Of a DNA stretch of 64,000 nt, positions 1 through 12,403 are shown piece after piece. Each line of letters opens with the position of its first letter. Within the stretch, counting starts at the first letter, position 1. Source of the DNA: Podarcis muralis. Its lineage: Eukaryota. The stretch spans positions 40,982,001-41,046,000 of the forward strand of contig NC_135666.1 of assembly GCF_964188315.1 (NCBI RefSeq). Direction: 5' to 3'. Position numbers and translations under genes: made by a program. The notes beneath the pieces were generated by a model. The model made no database searches. It was not told the origin of the DNA and saw only the letters and a list, made by a program, of their open reading frames with translations.

Positions 1-1108
1 CCCACTTCAATTATGCAAACCTAAAGTTCTGGAATATGCTTGAATCCCAGAGGCATCTTAAAAGTTTGGGGAGGGGGAAGCAACCAAGAAGTAGGGGGTG
101 CAATTTATCCCTAGGCACATGCTAATGTCATCCTTGCATCCATTAAGGCTATATTAATGACGATGATAATGATAATTATTACTGTATATAAATATTTTTA
201 TAACTATATAAATGTAAAGAAGCTGATTTTAGAATACTCAGGGTAGAATTTTGAGTTTAAAGTCCACAAATGGCTGCTGAGTGGCAATATTAGCACTGCC
301 CTATATATCAACTGAATATTTCCTGCCCACTCCTTTCCTTCTCCTAATTCCACTTCTGTCAACTGTTACGCTTTCCTCCATTGCTCCTTTTCAGTCTAGT
401 GCTTTGAAGCAGCAGCTGCTGCAATAGCCTATGTCACCTGAACTCCATTTAGGGAGCGGGCCTGCCAAATTGGTGCTGTGTGTCATTTCAGCCTGTTCAC
501 CATCTGTTCACCATCAGTGGCCAGTTATGGGTTTAGGAGAGAAGCTCTGAGTGGAAATGCAGGAAATAATCATGCCTTTTTTTCTTTTCTTTTTAAAGCA
601 GAAAGATGTCTGTTGGCACTGACGGCTTCTCTCTTTCTGCCCGCATCTTAAATTTATTTTAAACCCAATTATCTCTGTGTTTTGCACAATGCCATGGCCC
701 TCATGCATGTTTCCCAATCTCACCTATTGTTTCAGCTTCAACTGCCCCTATATTTCATTCTTTTCCCCATCAGCATTCACAGGCAAAACTACGAACATAT
801 CAACACTTCCCTTGTCAGAAGATAATTTGTCATGGTACAGTTGTTTGAGCAGGAATGTATATCCAGATTATAGTTATAGGCTGTGAGGAGGGGGTGGGGA
901 AGAAATATTGCATGCAATTTCTGGGCATTCCTCAGACATTACTTTTACTGCTCTCCAAAGATAAACTTTCCTATTTGTTAAATATCTGTTACATAAAATT
1001 CAGTTTGATCTGGTTCTAAAACTCAAAAGCAGTATCAGGGCTTGTGATCCTGGCTGGATAATGGTCAGGGTCTGTGGCTTTTCCATTGGCCTGTTTTACC
1101 CCCTACAG

Positions 1109-1182
1109 GCCCAGATGAAGACAAAATTTATGAGATATATAAAACTAAGCAGGCAGACCAAAAAGATGGCAAAGAAAAGTAA
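1109..1182 (+). CDS. Candidate terminal coding exon segment (PDEDKIYEIYKTKQADQKDGKEK*), gene unknown
   Basis: Strong acceptor TTTTACCCCCTACAG|G at 1108/1109; open phase-1 frame to TAA at 1180-1182; AATAAA near 1753. No homology recognised. Confidence 0.15.
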
Positions 1183-3168
1183 AGAAGAAGACTTGAGCTC
1201 ATATTTTCCATGGGTGCAAACAGGTATAATTATTGGAAGTAACACCCATGCACCAATCAAAACCAGATTATTTGAGAACTTGGTCCAAAAAAATTTGCGT
1301 TATGTCTAGATGTGGTACAAAGGTTCAAGTAACTGATCAACCACTCCAAAACATCTAAGGTGAAGGAATCCAGAGTTGAAAATCTTGCAATCAGCAGATC
1401 CTTGAGAATGATTTCTCCCTTCTTCTTTTGGAAGTAAAGCTAAACTATTACACTTGAGTGACTGTGGGAGAAAAGTCAAGCTATAATTTCCAGGCATAGA
1501 GTAGGATTTAGAGCCTTCTGGACAGGGAGTTCATGGTTCTGTGGCTGGGCCCATTCACCACAAGTTGGTGGTAGTGCCCGTCATAAATAATTGAAGGATA
1601 CACAAAAGATGGTTTGACAAAAATTGTGGGCATTCCATTAGCTTGTTGGCAGAGCCTCTGATTTCAATGGAAATATAATCCACATGCTTCAACCTCTCAT
1701 TTAAGTTAAAATATAAAATAAGCCTCTTTTCCGTCAAGAAATGCACAAACCAATAAACAAAAATATAATCCAAACAAATATAAACAAACAAACAAATATG
1801 AACACAGCATGTCCTATAAAAGTTTCCATCCAAAATAAGCCATCCATTTGGAGTTCAAACACCTGGTGGAATTAAACAAACAACAACAACGAGATGTAGA
1901 CTACCAGACTTTCATGCACTCAATGGCTTTTGCTTCCCAATGTTAAGTAATTCCAGAACATTCTTAAGCCTTGAATGGAATCCAATGCATCAGCCAGGGT
2001 TCAGCATGAGTGGGAGAGAAGATGGTCACTGCCATGCCCTTGTTGGGAGGGGGGACATTGTGGCCATGTTCTCTGGAGCCCCCATCCCTGACTTATCCAG
2101 GGCACATACCTGAGTATGCCTTGTGGTGCTGTGAACTTTCTTCCTGAATGTAATTGCTGGGTCACTTGCTGAAGCGGCTTAGTTCTATTACATTATGTAG
2201 ACATTCCATTTATGCGTGAGGAACATTAAACACAATGGGGGTGACTTCAGAGCAAACATATATAGAATTGTGATGTTAATGTCATTTAAACTGCTGTAGT
2301 CTAAAGCATTTTTAAAATGCACTCCAGGAGATATCAATGCCCTGATTCAGCGAGTGCTCTAGTATTACTCCATTTGCCTACAGCTCCTCCCAGAATCATT
2401 CTGTGCCCCAAAGGCTAATGGTATAAGCAAAATAACAAATGGCTCTTTCCCTTCCCGCTTCGCATCGCACAGGGGCTGGCCTTTCCCATAACCTCCATTA
2501 CCAAAACATTCAAAGTTTTCTGGTGATAGTTTATCTGTGGAGTCAGTCAACTGAAATCTTGACCAATGTGCTGTTGCCGACACCTCACCCACCATTTAGA
2601 CCTCCTCTCAGCTTACTTCAGATCTCACATTAATCTCTCAAACATAGCTTTATAAAGCTGTTTTTTATTTTTATTTGTTTTCCCCAAAGGCACAGGTTGA
2701 AAGTACAAACATGATTTCCAAAGAACTTAGCAGGCCGGCTTCCTCAGTAGCACACATGCTTTTGATCAGTATTATCAGAGATCTAAATACCCGCTTTTCT
2801 TGGCCACTTCCCCATGCCGTGAGGCATTAAAGAGTTGCCTTTTTACAAGCAATATAAACCTAGGCGTTCCCCCCCCTTCTATCTTTACTACTCTGTATAG
2901 TGTGTATAGACAGAAAAAATGATCCAGTACAACAGGATGTACTAAATCAGAAACTTTCATATCATCTCTAGGCTTTCCACAGTCTAAAGCTGAGAATTCA
3001 CTCCCTGAGGCTGATATTTGTGCTTCCATAACTGAAGATTGCAGGGACTAAAGCTGAACCCAAGACAAATCTAATGTATTTGTTTCTCCATGGAGTTGTA
3101 GTCTCTCTTCCATATCTGCTAAGGTTCACCATTCAGGAGTTATTTTTACCACGCCACAATAATGAATA

Positions 3169-3410
3169 CAGTGGTACCTCTGGTTACAAAGGCTTCTGGT
3201 TATGAATGCTTTAGGTTGCAAGCTCCGCTAACCCGGAAGTAGCTGCTCCTGGTTGCGAACTTTGCCCCAGGATGCGAATTGAAAGCGTGCGCCTCTGGCG
3301 CACGCACAGCGGGAGACCCCATTAACGAAAGCGCGCCTCAGGATAAGAACGGTTTCAGCTTTAGAATGGACCTCCAGAACAAATTAAGTTCATAACCTGA
3401 GGTACCACTG
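3169..3410 (-). mobile_element. Tc1/mariner (Tigger-like) non-autonomous MITE
   Basis: TIRs CAGTGGTACCTC...GAGGTACCACTG with TA duplication on both sides. Same family as 38138 and 58252, in the opposite orientation. Confidence 0.9.
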
Positions 3411-5115
3411 TATCCAGAATCTTTGTGCGTCAGAAACTTTCCTTTTACACCATTTGAGATTTTTTAAAGGTGAAATTTTGGAGGCTTTAGAACCAAGGCT
3501 GTAAGGCTTAGAAAAGGTTCATTGTTCCAAATGACATGAAAATACTGTGCAACCCTATTAATCAAAATGCCTTTTACAAGATTACCATCATTTTACTGCT
3601 ATGCTTTTTTTAAAAGCCCTTTTTTCATTCTTCACTTATATTGGCCCTTCTCCCAGAGGTAAAACTACCATTCATCATTGGCACAAGCTAATTTTATTAA
3701 TGCATAAAAATTAGCATTGCCCATTGCCTTGCACTGAGACTTTAAAAATTACCAAGTAGATAAGGGGCAAAACCTACTGATTTGCTTTCTGTGCTGTTTT
3801 ATAGCTGCTAAAGTAGTCAGTGCTTTCAAGATACAGTAAAGATCATTTCGTGAAATCATTCTTAGCACAGGAATAACTTCCAGTCGTTGATGCCTTTGTT
3901 ACCCTTCCTTTCCGTGTTAACCACCAAGCCTTGATACTATTCAACCTCTGTGGCAGGCTGTTGAATGGATCTGGCAACATAGAATGCATATAGATAACCT
4001 TCTTAAAAGCTCAATAGGAGGAACACCTAGGCCCTATTTGGCCATTCTACTCATGGTTAACCATACACTTGGGTGGGAAGCCGTGCTGCACTGAATAGTC
4101 CTTCCCTTTGGCATGTGTACACAGAATGTAAATGTCTGGAGAGAAAGCCTTCACTTGTAGGTGATTTGGAACCCTAGAAGAGCGTGCTTGAATAGGACTT
4201 GATGGGAGTTGCAATGCAATACTTTTACCTGGATCCCTTGGGAAACTATGTTCCATGGCCTCTTGTTGCCATTATCTGCAGTCCCCAAAGTTCTACAAGT
4301 TGCAACATCCAGGGATACCAATGTAGCCACCACTGAACTAAGCAAAAGATGGTTCATGGTTGATACTGGGTTGAGTGGAGTAGAAGGGCCAGTGCGGATT
4401 TCTGTCTTCTTGGTCCAGTGTTTCACCCTTCCTCCTCACAGAGTTCATGATGTCATTCTTAATTCTCCTCCTGCCATCTTTGTATCTAACTTGCAAGGTA
4501 ACTTTGTTTGAGAATATAAGAGGTTCTTGCCCTATGCCTCTAATTGTTCCTGGGTCCCAAATTACCTCCTATGCTATAAGGTAGGGGAGCAACCTAAATA
4601 CTATTTGGATGTATGCCCCATTTTTCCACTTTATGAAAACTGGGCAACTGAGAAGTACAAAGCCAAAGGAGGAACCTGGAAGTGCGATGCTTTTTGTTGC
4701 TTCTGATATAAGCTCTCTAAGATTCAGACAGGCACCTCAGCAATGGAGCGACTGAGAGGGTAGGAGAGAAATTAGGGAGGATGGCAGGAAAAGGGAAGTA
4801 GGCTGGAGGACTAGGGAGACCATGGAGCACTGCAGGAGTCAAGAGAGAGAATGCATGTGCATAGACAAATCAGATGCAGTATAAATTGCCCTCTTAAAAC
4901 TGCATGTTTTTATGGGTCCTGCCCCCCAAATTCCCATCAAATCGTAGATCATATATGATTTTTTTAAAAAATCCAGCACTGCCATGATAAAAACATTTAA
5001 TCTGCCATGATAATTGTTTTTTACAAGGGATCCCATCAAATCGCAGGTCACTTCTGTGTTCACATATGTGCTCTGTGATTTGTTGTTGGTTTTGATGTCA
5101 TCCTAGGTTAAAAAG

Positions 5116-5477
5116 GGGGACACGGGTGGCGCTGTGGTCTAAACCACTAAACCGGCTTGCCGATCAGAAGGTCGGTGGTTTGAATCCCCACGATGGGGTG
5201 AGCTCCCATTGATCGGTCCCTGCTCCTGCCAACCTAGCAGTTCGAAAGCACGTCAAAGTGCAAGTAGATAAATAGGTACTACTCTGACGGGAAGGTAAAC
5301 GGCATTTTCATGCACTGCTCTGGTTCTCCAGAAGCAGCTTAGTCATGCTGGCCACATGACCCGGAAAAACTCTGCGGACAAACGTTGGCTCCCTCGGCCA
5401 GTAAAGCGAGATGAGCGCCGCAACACCTGGGTCGCTTGTGACTGGACTTAATGGTCAGGGGTCCCTTTATCTTTACC
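5116..5477 (+). mobile_element. Sauria SINE (Squam1-type), full length
   Basis: GGGACACGGGTGGCGCTGTGG head, B-box-like GGTTTGAATCCC, ACCTTT-type tail, approximate TSD CCTAGGTT(T)AAAAA. Confidence 0.92.
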
Positions 5478-5665
5478 TAGGTTTAAAAAAATCCATGAGA
5501 TTTTTTTGGACAGACTCATACTTTCTCTCCCATCAATAACTGTAGCACATCTCAGAGAGAGTCTTTTCGGGAACTCTGATGATTTTCTGCTGGCAGACAA
5601 CAACCAAAACCAAACTTCTAATAGCCATGGTATACATGCTGGAATTTGCTTAAATAGTTACTACT

Positions 5666-5750
5666 AGAAGTGTGCATGCACACAAAAGCTTACACCCAGA
5701 ACAAACTTAGTTGGTCTCTAAGGTGCTACTGGACAATTTTTTAATTTTTA
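5666..5750 (+). mobile_element. Penelope-like element terminal fragment with degenerate hammerhead ribozyme half
   Basis: GAAGTGTGCATGCACAC-AAAAGCT followed by CAGAACAAACTTAGTTGGTCTCTAAGGTGCTACTGG. A second partial copy lies at 57107-57134. Family assignment is from recognition. Confidence 0.6.
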
Positions 5751-7477
5751 TTTACTTCTGTTTTGTTCATTTTATAGATGCGTTTTAACTGCCTTGTCTT
5801 TATGTTTGAATTTGCATTTTACTGTATTTTATGGTGTTTCATTATTTTATTTTATTGTGCTTGCATTTTATTGCTGTTGGCACCTTTGATTTAATGAAAC
5901 ACAATAAAAATTTGGAGGAAAGGCAGAACCCAAATTTAATAAATAAGCAAAAAAACCCCCACCCTATGGGTTAGATTACATAGAGGCTGTGACTTGCTAA
6001 TTCGTGGTTGATTGAGGAACTGATTGTGGGCCTCCAGTGTGCAAAATGAATCACATTCTCAGTTCGGGAGACAGCACTGAATTGTAACTGAGTTAACCAA
6101 GAGTAGACTGCAGCACCAACACTGAGAACATCTAGGAAACCAAAGAATCAAACTGCAGAGTCTAAAGGGGAACAAAGGGGCATCAAGTTCAGTGTCCTGC
6201 TCCAAACTTAAGACCACACCCCCAATAATAAGACCCACACACCCAATATATGCAATCCAGAACACAAAGTAGCAAAAACACAAAATGCAACTTATTGAGT
6301 AGATGCTCCAAATGATTTCATCAAGTAGGACTAGCCACATGTATAGACTGCGGAAATAAGCACCAGAAGTATTTTGCATGGTTCAACAGCACTTTGAAGA
6401 GGATCAAACATTCCCGACAGATATGAAAATGTTTAGAAACAGAAATCCTGAGATGACTTCATAACTGGTTGTCACAGTAGCTCTGCATTGGCCAAAGTGA
6501 TCAGTCTTTATGATTCTTTTCCATCACCTTTTTCTGTTTTCTACCTTACATATTACTACTTTGTTTTTGTTCTTGTGGCTCTTTACTTGATAAAACTGCC
6601 ACAAGCCTGCAATTACAACAATTTGGTATTTTGAGACAGTTTGTTCTACAGATTCTTTTAAAAATATTTCAAGCCAGTATGATCCAGCTGACAGAATGTT
6701 GAAATGATGAAAGATCATAAACATCTGGGTTCTAACCCCCCCCTGCAACAAGTTCATTGCAGAAACCACTCTTTCTCTCAGCCTTCAAACAAAGTTGCTG
6801 TAATGACAATTAATAGAATGCTGTTTGCTAATAAAATGTATAAAGAAAGAAGGTTGCACCTGTGGATACAACTTTTATTGATAACAGGTATCAACAAGCA
6901 AAACCCCTCTCTGATTGCTTGAGGAAAAGAAAGCCACACCAACAAAGCCTAGGAACACTCTTTTTGGAAAGGATCAGTCTTAAAAACTGGGCAGCATTCG
7001 TAAAAGCAGATGACCATGTGTAAAGGCAGAGTAAGACTTCCAAACCAAGGCTATGCAAGTTTGTGCTGTGCTAAATTGCAGTGTAGAAAATCCCTTGGTA
7101 TCAAATGGCCTGCCACCCGCAGTAGCTACAGGAGAAAAAACAAACGACTTGACTCATTTCACATTTCTCTTTTCAGCAAGTCTTTTATGTATGCACTTCA
7201 TGAGTCTGCATACAGCAAGCACATGACAGAAAGTGACAAGATCATGTGCATGTGAGGTACTGCAACCGTCTGCCTTTGAAGTTTCCTGGACAGTGGCTCA
7301 GATTTTAAATACCAGGTTACTCAAATTCCATCTCCTTCACTAGCCGCCTGCAATTCTTTTGACGACCAGGAGAAGAAAAACATGCACACACACAGACACT
7401 GTTCTCAACCCATATTTTTCAGGCTCCGAAAGAAACCATAATAAGTAACCATAATAATATATATCAGTCACACTTAC

Positions 7478-7504
7478 CTGTTTCTGAGAAGTGTAGGTAT
7501 TATC
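7478..7504 (-). CDS. Candidate 27-nt microexon (DNTYTSQKQ or IIPTLLRN)
   Basis: TTCAACCAG| acceptor and CAG|GTAAGT donor; length is a multiple of 3. Confidence 0.22.
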
Positions 7505-7650
7505 CTGGTTGAAATCATGGAACACCCATTTGAAATAATAATGCAGTGCTTAAAATTTGTGACAATAAAGCTTTGATAAACAATGCTTTTTATCACAGGC
7601 TCCCAGTCTCAATTAGTGCTATTTTTTTTTTTAGCTAAAAATGTGTCACA

Positions 7651-7680
7651 GCTGACTGCAGAGAGAGAGGGAGAGAGAGA

Positions 7681-7716
<36 letters not shown>
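7651..7716. repeat. (GA)n microsatellite
   Basis: Direct reading; two GG interruptions. Confidence 0.95.
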
Positions 7717-7719
<3 letters not shown>

Positions 7720-8113
7720 CCTGCATATAGACTACAAGTTTCTGAGAATTTCTATTTAATTGTTTGCTTGCCCTAGACATTACTCATCTTACACGTATGC
7801 ATTCATGCCTGAAATAATGGCAAGTCACTTTGTGCACAAGAGAAATCCGTTACACAACTCGTCATGATTACCTTACTCTCATAAGTTTACTGCGAAGAAG
7901 AAAGAAATCAAGATTACATAGAATGATGGATCAAGCATGAATCAATGTGGCAAGCACATAACCAAACGGACATGGCGGTAAACAAGAAAAACAACAACAA
8001 CAACAATAACAACAACAAAAGAAAGAAACCACAACAGAGATTATCGCTTAACCTGTTTTGTCAGAGCTGGCATTGATGGTATTGGTAGTGATGGAAGTGA
8101 AGGTAGTCTTTGC

Positions 8114-8293
8114 NNNNNNNNNNNNNNNNNNNNNNNNNNNNNNNNNNNNNNNNNNNNNNNNNNNNNNNNNNNNNNNNNNNNNNNNNNNNNNNNNNNNNNN
8201 NNNNNNNNNNNNNNNNNNNNNNNNNNNNNNNNNNNNNNNNNNNNNNNNNNNNNNNNNNNNNNNNNNNNNNNNNNNNNNNNNNNNNNNNNNNNN
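8114..8293. other. Assembly gap (180 N)
   Basis: Run of N. Confidence 1.
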
Positions 8294-9332
8294 CCACCTT
8301 TCAATAATGGGTACCATTCGCCATACCAAGGCAGTGAACCAAACTGCAGAATTATTTTTAGAATTGTATTTTGGAATCAGTGAGCTACTACATTCTAACA
8401 CCACCAATATTATAAATATCGCACAGGGCTATCTGGCTTTCTCAACCCATATAACAAATTCTTTTCGGAATTTTGGCAAATAATTATTCTTCCTCTCCAG
8501 GGAATGGAGCAAGGAGACCCCCCCCCCCACTTGCAGTTAGCTATTAACTTGAATATAGATTAAAAGGGGATTTGATTTTAAAGGCAGAAGTGGAAATGTT
8601 TCAAGCAGACACCAGATCACAAAAGGGAAATCATGCCTAACTTCGCAATGTAAAAGATAGTCAGCCTTCAACCAAACCAAGGCCTTTTTGTAAAATTCAA
8701 AATGAGTGACATTGCTTTGAAGCACAGTGCTAAAACTTGCAACATCTCCAGATGGTGAAGCTTTTTGGTGGAGTTAAGAGTGAAACTAAGACTAATTTGT
8801 AGGGGACATAGTGGACGGTAATTGTCAAGGGATTAGCTTAGCACATGTGGGTTTCCTTCCTGTTGACGGGCTAATGCTTGCATATAGTAAAAACACCTAT
8901 GCCCCGTACCCAGGAGGGATGACATGTGGTAAGATAACCCCTTGAAATTCACCAAATGAAGCAGCCGTGCTCGCCTACTTCATTCCAGAACTGGCATTCC
9001 AAAGTAGTCATGACTTCACTCCAACTCTGTCAATATTGGAAACATGGTGAGCAACTCTGACTTAAATCTCTTGCCCCATTGTTCAAATTATCTTGCCAGT
9101 GAATGCCACTTGGTTGCGAAGACCACAACTCAGTTAAAATATATGTGGGTGTGTGGGTAGTATTTGGTATGAAAAAAACACAATTTGCCCCTAGCATGAG
9201 AAGAAGAAGAAAACAAAATCCAGAGACCAGAATGGAGCTCTGCAGATAGGAACTGGCTGAATTCTAAATGGTTGCAATAATTTTTGGTGTAAGAGATAAG
9301 GTAAGAGATTAGGTTAGGTCCCCCTCACATAC

Positions 9333-9398
9333 CTCAGTGGTATATCTGAGCGTACCCCTTTATTTTCTCCAATACAAATGAATGGCTGCCATTCACAA
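9333..9398 (-). CDS. Candidate 66-nt exon (CEWQPFICIGENKGVRSDIPL, phase 2)
   Basis: GTTCTTCTATAG| acceptor and GAG|GTATGT donor; only one frame is open. Confidence 0.25.
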
Positions 9399-11232
9399 CT
9401 ATAGAAGAACGCAGAATCTTGGGGCTGTTGTTATAGAAGCAAATCTTGCCTCTGTGTGACACTGTGTGGCTAAACTTTGTTGACATGGTTCCCACTGTAA
9501 TACACTTGCAGTGCACAAGCCTTCCCTTCCTTACATGGCAGATACTTCGCTAATTCACTATCCGGGTGAAATGGTACTCTCCCCAATCTCACTCCTTTGT
9601 ACATGCCTTTTCTCCTTGCCCATCCAGTCCACTTCTCCAACCTGCTGTCCACGTGTGAATGTAGCGTTTCATTAGGGTTTGCATGTGTAAAATCCAATGC
9701 GTGTAGGCTCTCTGGGATATTGATCATGTTTTTCAGGCCTTCCCCACATTGATCTGGGGAGACTGCTTGGCCTGGTGATCTTGGAGATCTTGGAGCCACA
9801 TGGAGAGGTGGTGAAATCTTACATTTCACCATGCATGGAAGAGCGTACAGTCTGAATTGGGTTTGTGCCTTCTTTATACAGAAGTGTGATCGAAACACTC
9901 TGGTTTATACAATGAGATCCACATGTGCATGGATTACTTATTATTCTTTCATGAGTGGAGATGATATTTCAGGGCAAACTTTGAATACAGCTTGAAAGGG
10001 GATTTTGCAAAGCATTCCTAAGATTAAAGAGAATAGGCCAGTCATGTCACATGGAACACCATATCAGTGCTCACCAAGATATAAGGTCATGCTGTAATCA
10101 CTGAGCCTATGCTTTCTATGTTTATTCATTTACCTAACAGCTGGATAAACAGTAGTTTATCTACACTACACTTGTTTATCTACAGAAACTGGTCTATTAT
10201 TCCGAACTGCAATGTAGCAAATCTTTATGTACAAAACCAAATGCTTAAGTAGTGACTATCATTGCTAAAGGGCAGGTCACTTAAAAATTTGTGCAGCTTG
10301 ACTACAGAGGACTATTCAGCTGTGCTCATAGTCAAAAGTATCAATGATCTTTTTTTTAAGGTATTGTGGCAGGTACCCTTATTGAAAGAACACTGGACAG
10401 TGGAGATATTAATTAGAAACAACTTGGAAAAAAATAGCACAATCATGCATCTTTTACGGTTTTCAAACAACACATAACATTAAGAGACATACTGTAAGCC
10501 AAATGTGAACAGTTAAGAGGTGTTAATTGCTATTAAATTGAAAGACCAATGTTAGGTTAGGATGGCATAAATAAAATGGCAGCGTATCATAAACATTCAC
10601 GTCATCATTGCCATGTGTTTGTTTTTGTAGTCCAACAGCGTTGGGTTTTTTTAAAAGCTGTTCTCCAATTGGAACTAGATTTCAATACTGTCTAATTGAC
10701 TCAGTATTCCATCAAAATAAACTGTCATAATTATTTTGCCTGTGTTAATTTCCATATTATTTGATTACTTCAAGTTGTCCACTGTTATCCTTTGTACTAA
10801 CGGATAATACAACACTTATTCATATGCTGAGTCCACTCTGATCCCACACCCCAACTTCAGTGAAAGGTACACAGGCATAAAAATACATCATAATGCACTG
10901 GATTGGAATTTATCAGATTTATGTCTTCTGAAATATAAAATGAAACTGCTCTCAGCGCACAGGTAAAACCGAATAGCAAACGTCCCATGGAGTGCTGGAA
11001 CTTCCCCTACTCTCAGATGCATTTAAATGCCTTGCGTTAAAGTTTCAGAATGTAAATCTTTAATTTCCATAGGGATATGAAGGCATTTAAGGTTGTTTCA
11101 AGATAAGTAGAGTTGGCAGTTTAATGGTACTTCTATGTGGGAAAGATAGATTGTTCGCCAACAGATTTAACCAGTTTTTAAATAAAACTACACCAAAGAC
11201 TCCTTCCTGAAACTTCAGAGTTGAACTGGAAA

Positions 11233-11236
<4 letters not shown>

Positions 11237-11314
<78 letters not shown>
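11237..11314. repeat. Compound (AAT)n(AAG)n microsatellite
   Basis: About 15 AAT units directly followed by about 11 AAG units. Confidence 0.95.
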
Positions 11315-11315
<1 letters not shown>

Positions 11316-11344
11316 CATTGTGTTTCCCTGTAAAGTAAAAGAGT

Positions 11345-11505
11345 GGGAAGATCGGACGGTGGTGGACTTTCCTTCACTGGTAGTTTTTGAGCAGAGGTTG
11401 CATAGCCATCTATCATGGATGCTTTAGTTGAGGTTCCTGAATTGCAGGGGGTTGTACTTGAGGACCCTCTGGGTCCTTTTCAACTCCACAGTTCTATAAT
11501 TCTAT
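11345..11505 (+). mobile_element. CR1 LINE 3' end fragment
   Basis: GCAGGGGGTTGTACTTGAGGACCCTCTGGGTCCTTTTCAACTC...TTCTATAATTCTAT, a typical CR1 tail. Confidence 0.75.
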
Positions 11506-12305
11506 TATACTGCATTCCCCTATGATATTTGTGCAATACACAATAGTAATATTTGGCTGAATAATTTAATTTACCAGGTTAAAAGGGAGGGAAAGAGACA
11601 ACAAGCTTCACCATAAAATGCCATCTTCTTGAAGCAAAAGGGCTAAAATCTGACAGATTGGGGGGGAAATGTAATTATGCCAGAATGTCATGCAGAAAAG
11701 GCAAAATGAAGCCACAGCCTGAACCTGAGTGGAAACCCTGATGCAGAACCGTGGAAGGAGACTGGATGACTGATTGCACCATTTTATCCAAGGTTGGAAA
11801 GAAGCATACATACTGTGACATTCCTTAAGATAATAGTGGCAGAAAATGAAAAGTACATTGAAAAGGAATCTTAAAATCATTTACAGCAATCTTCTAGAAA
11901 GACTAGAGCTATGCAAGAAAGCAGTGCTTGCATTTATTTGGCAATTGATAAGAAAACTTTTGACACTGTATGTTTAGAATATATTGTTTAATTTTACCTG
12001 CATCTGCGAATCCCAGGTGGTGTAAAAATCAAATTAACAAAGGAAGATTTGATGGCTTCCTGTTTCTGCACATTGTGGGACCTGAACTGAGGTATCTACA
12101 ATGTAGATCTATTTCATTTTATTTATACTGTGTGAATTATTGATACTGGTTCAGGACTTACAAGTGTAAGGATTAGTTCAACACTACTGCTTATCTTTTA
12201 TTTTTATTCAGCATACAATTTCTTTACTCTTCAATCATCTAATCAATAACTTGCACAAGAAGTCTTCAACTGAATAATGACTGAGAAGGTTTTGAAAGTT
12301 CTTAC

Positions 12306-12338
12306 CAATATCAACATGTCTGCCTAATGCTAAAATTG
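12306..12338 (-). CDS. Candidate 33-nt microexon (ILALGRHVDI, phase 1)
   Basis: GTTTTCCTTCTAG| acceptor and TTG|GTAAGA donor; a single open frame. Confidence 0.25.
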
Positions 12339-12403
12339 CTAGAAGGAAAACTGACTTAAGAGTATTTTAAAGTGGAAAAAGACAAACCTAAGTATGAACT
12401 CCT

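Noticed and set aside
6059-6379. 106-aa hydrophobic ORF, superficially ND6-like or transmembrane
   Set aside because: No ND6 motifs, no adjacent mitochondrial genes or tRNAs; hydrophobicity follows from a T/G-rich strand.
8041-8483. Several ORF-track entries, also at 17669-17973
   Set aside because: Their length is an artefact of N runs translated as X.
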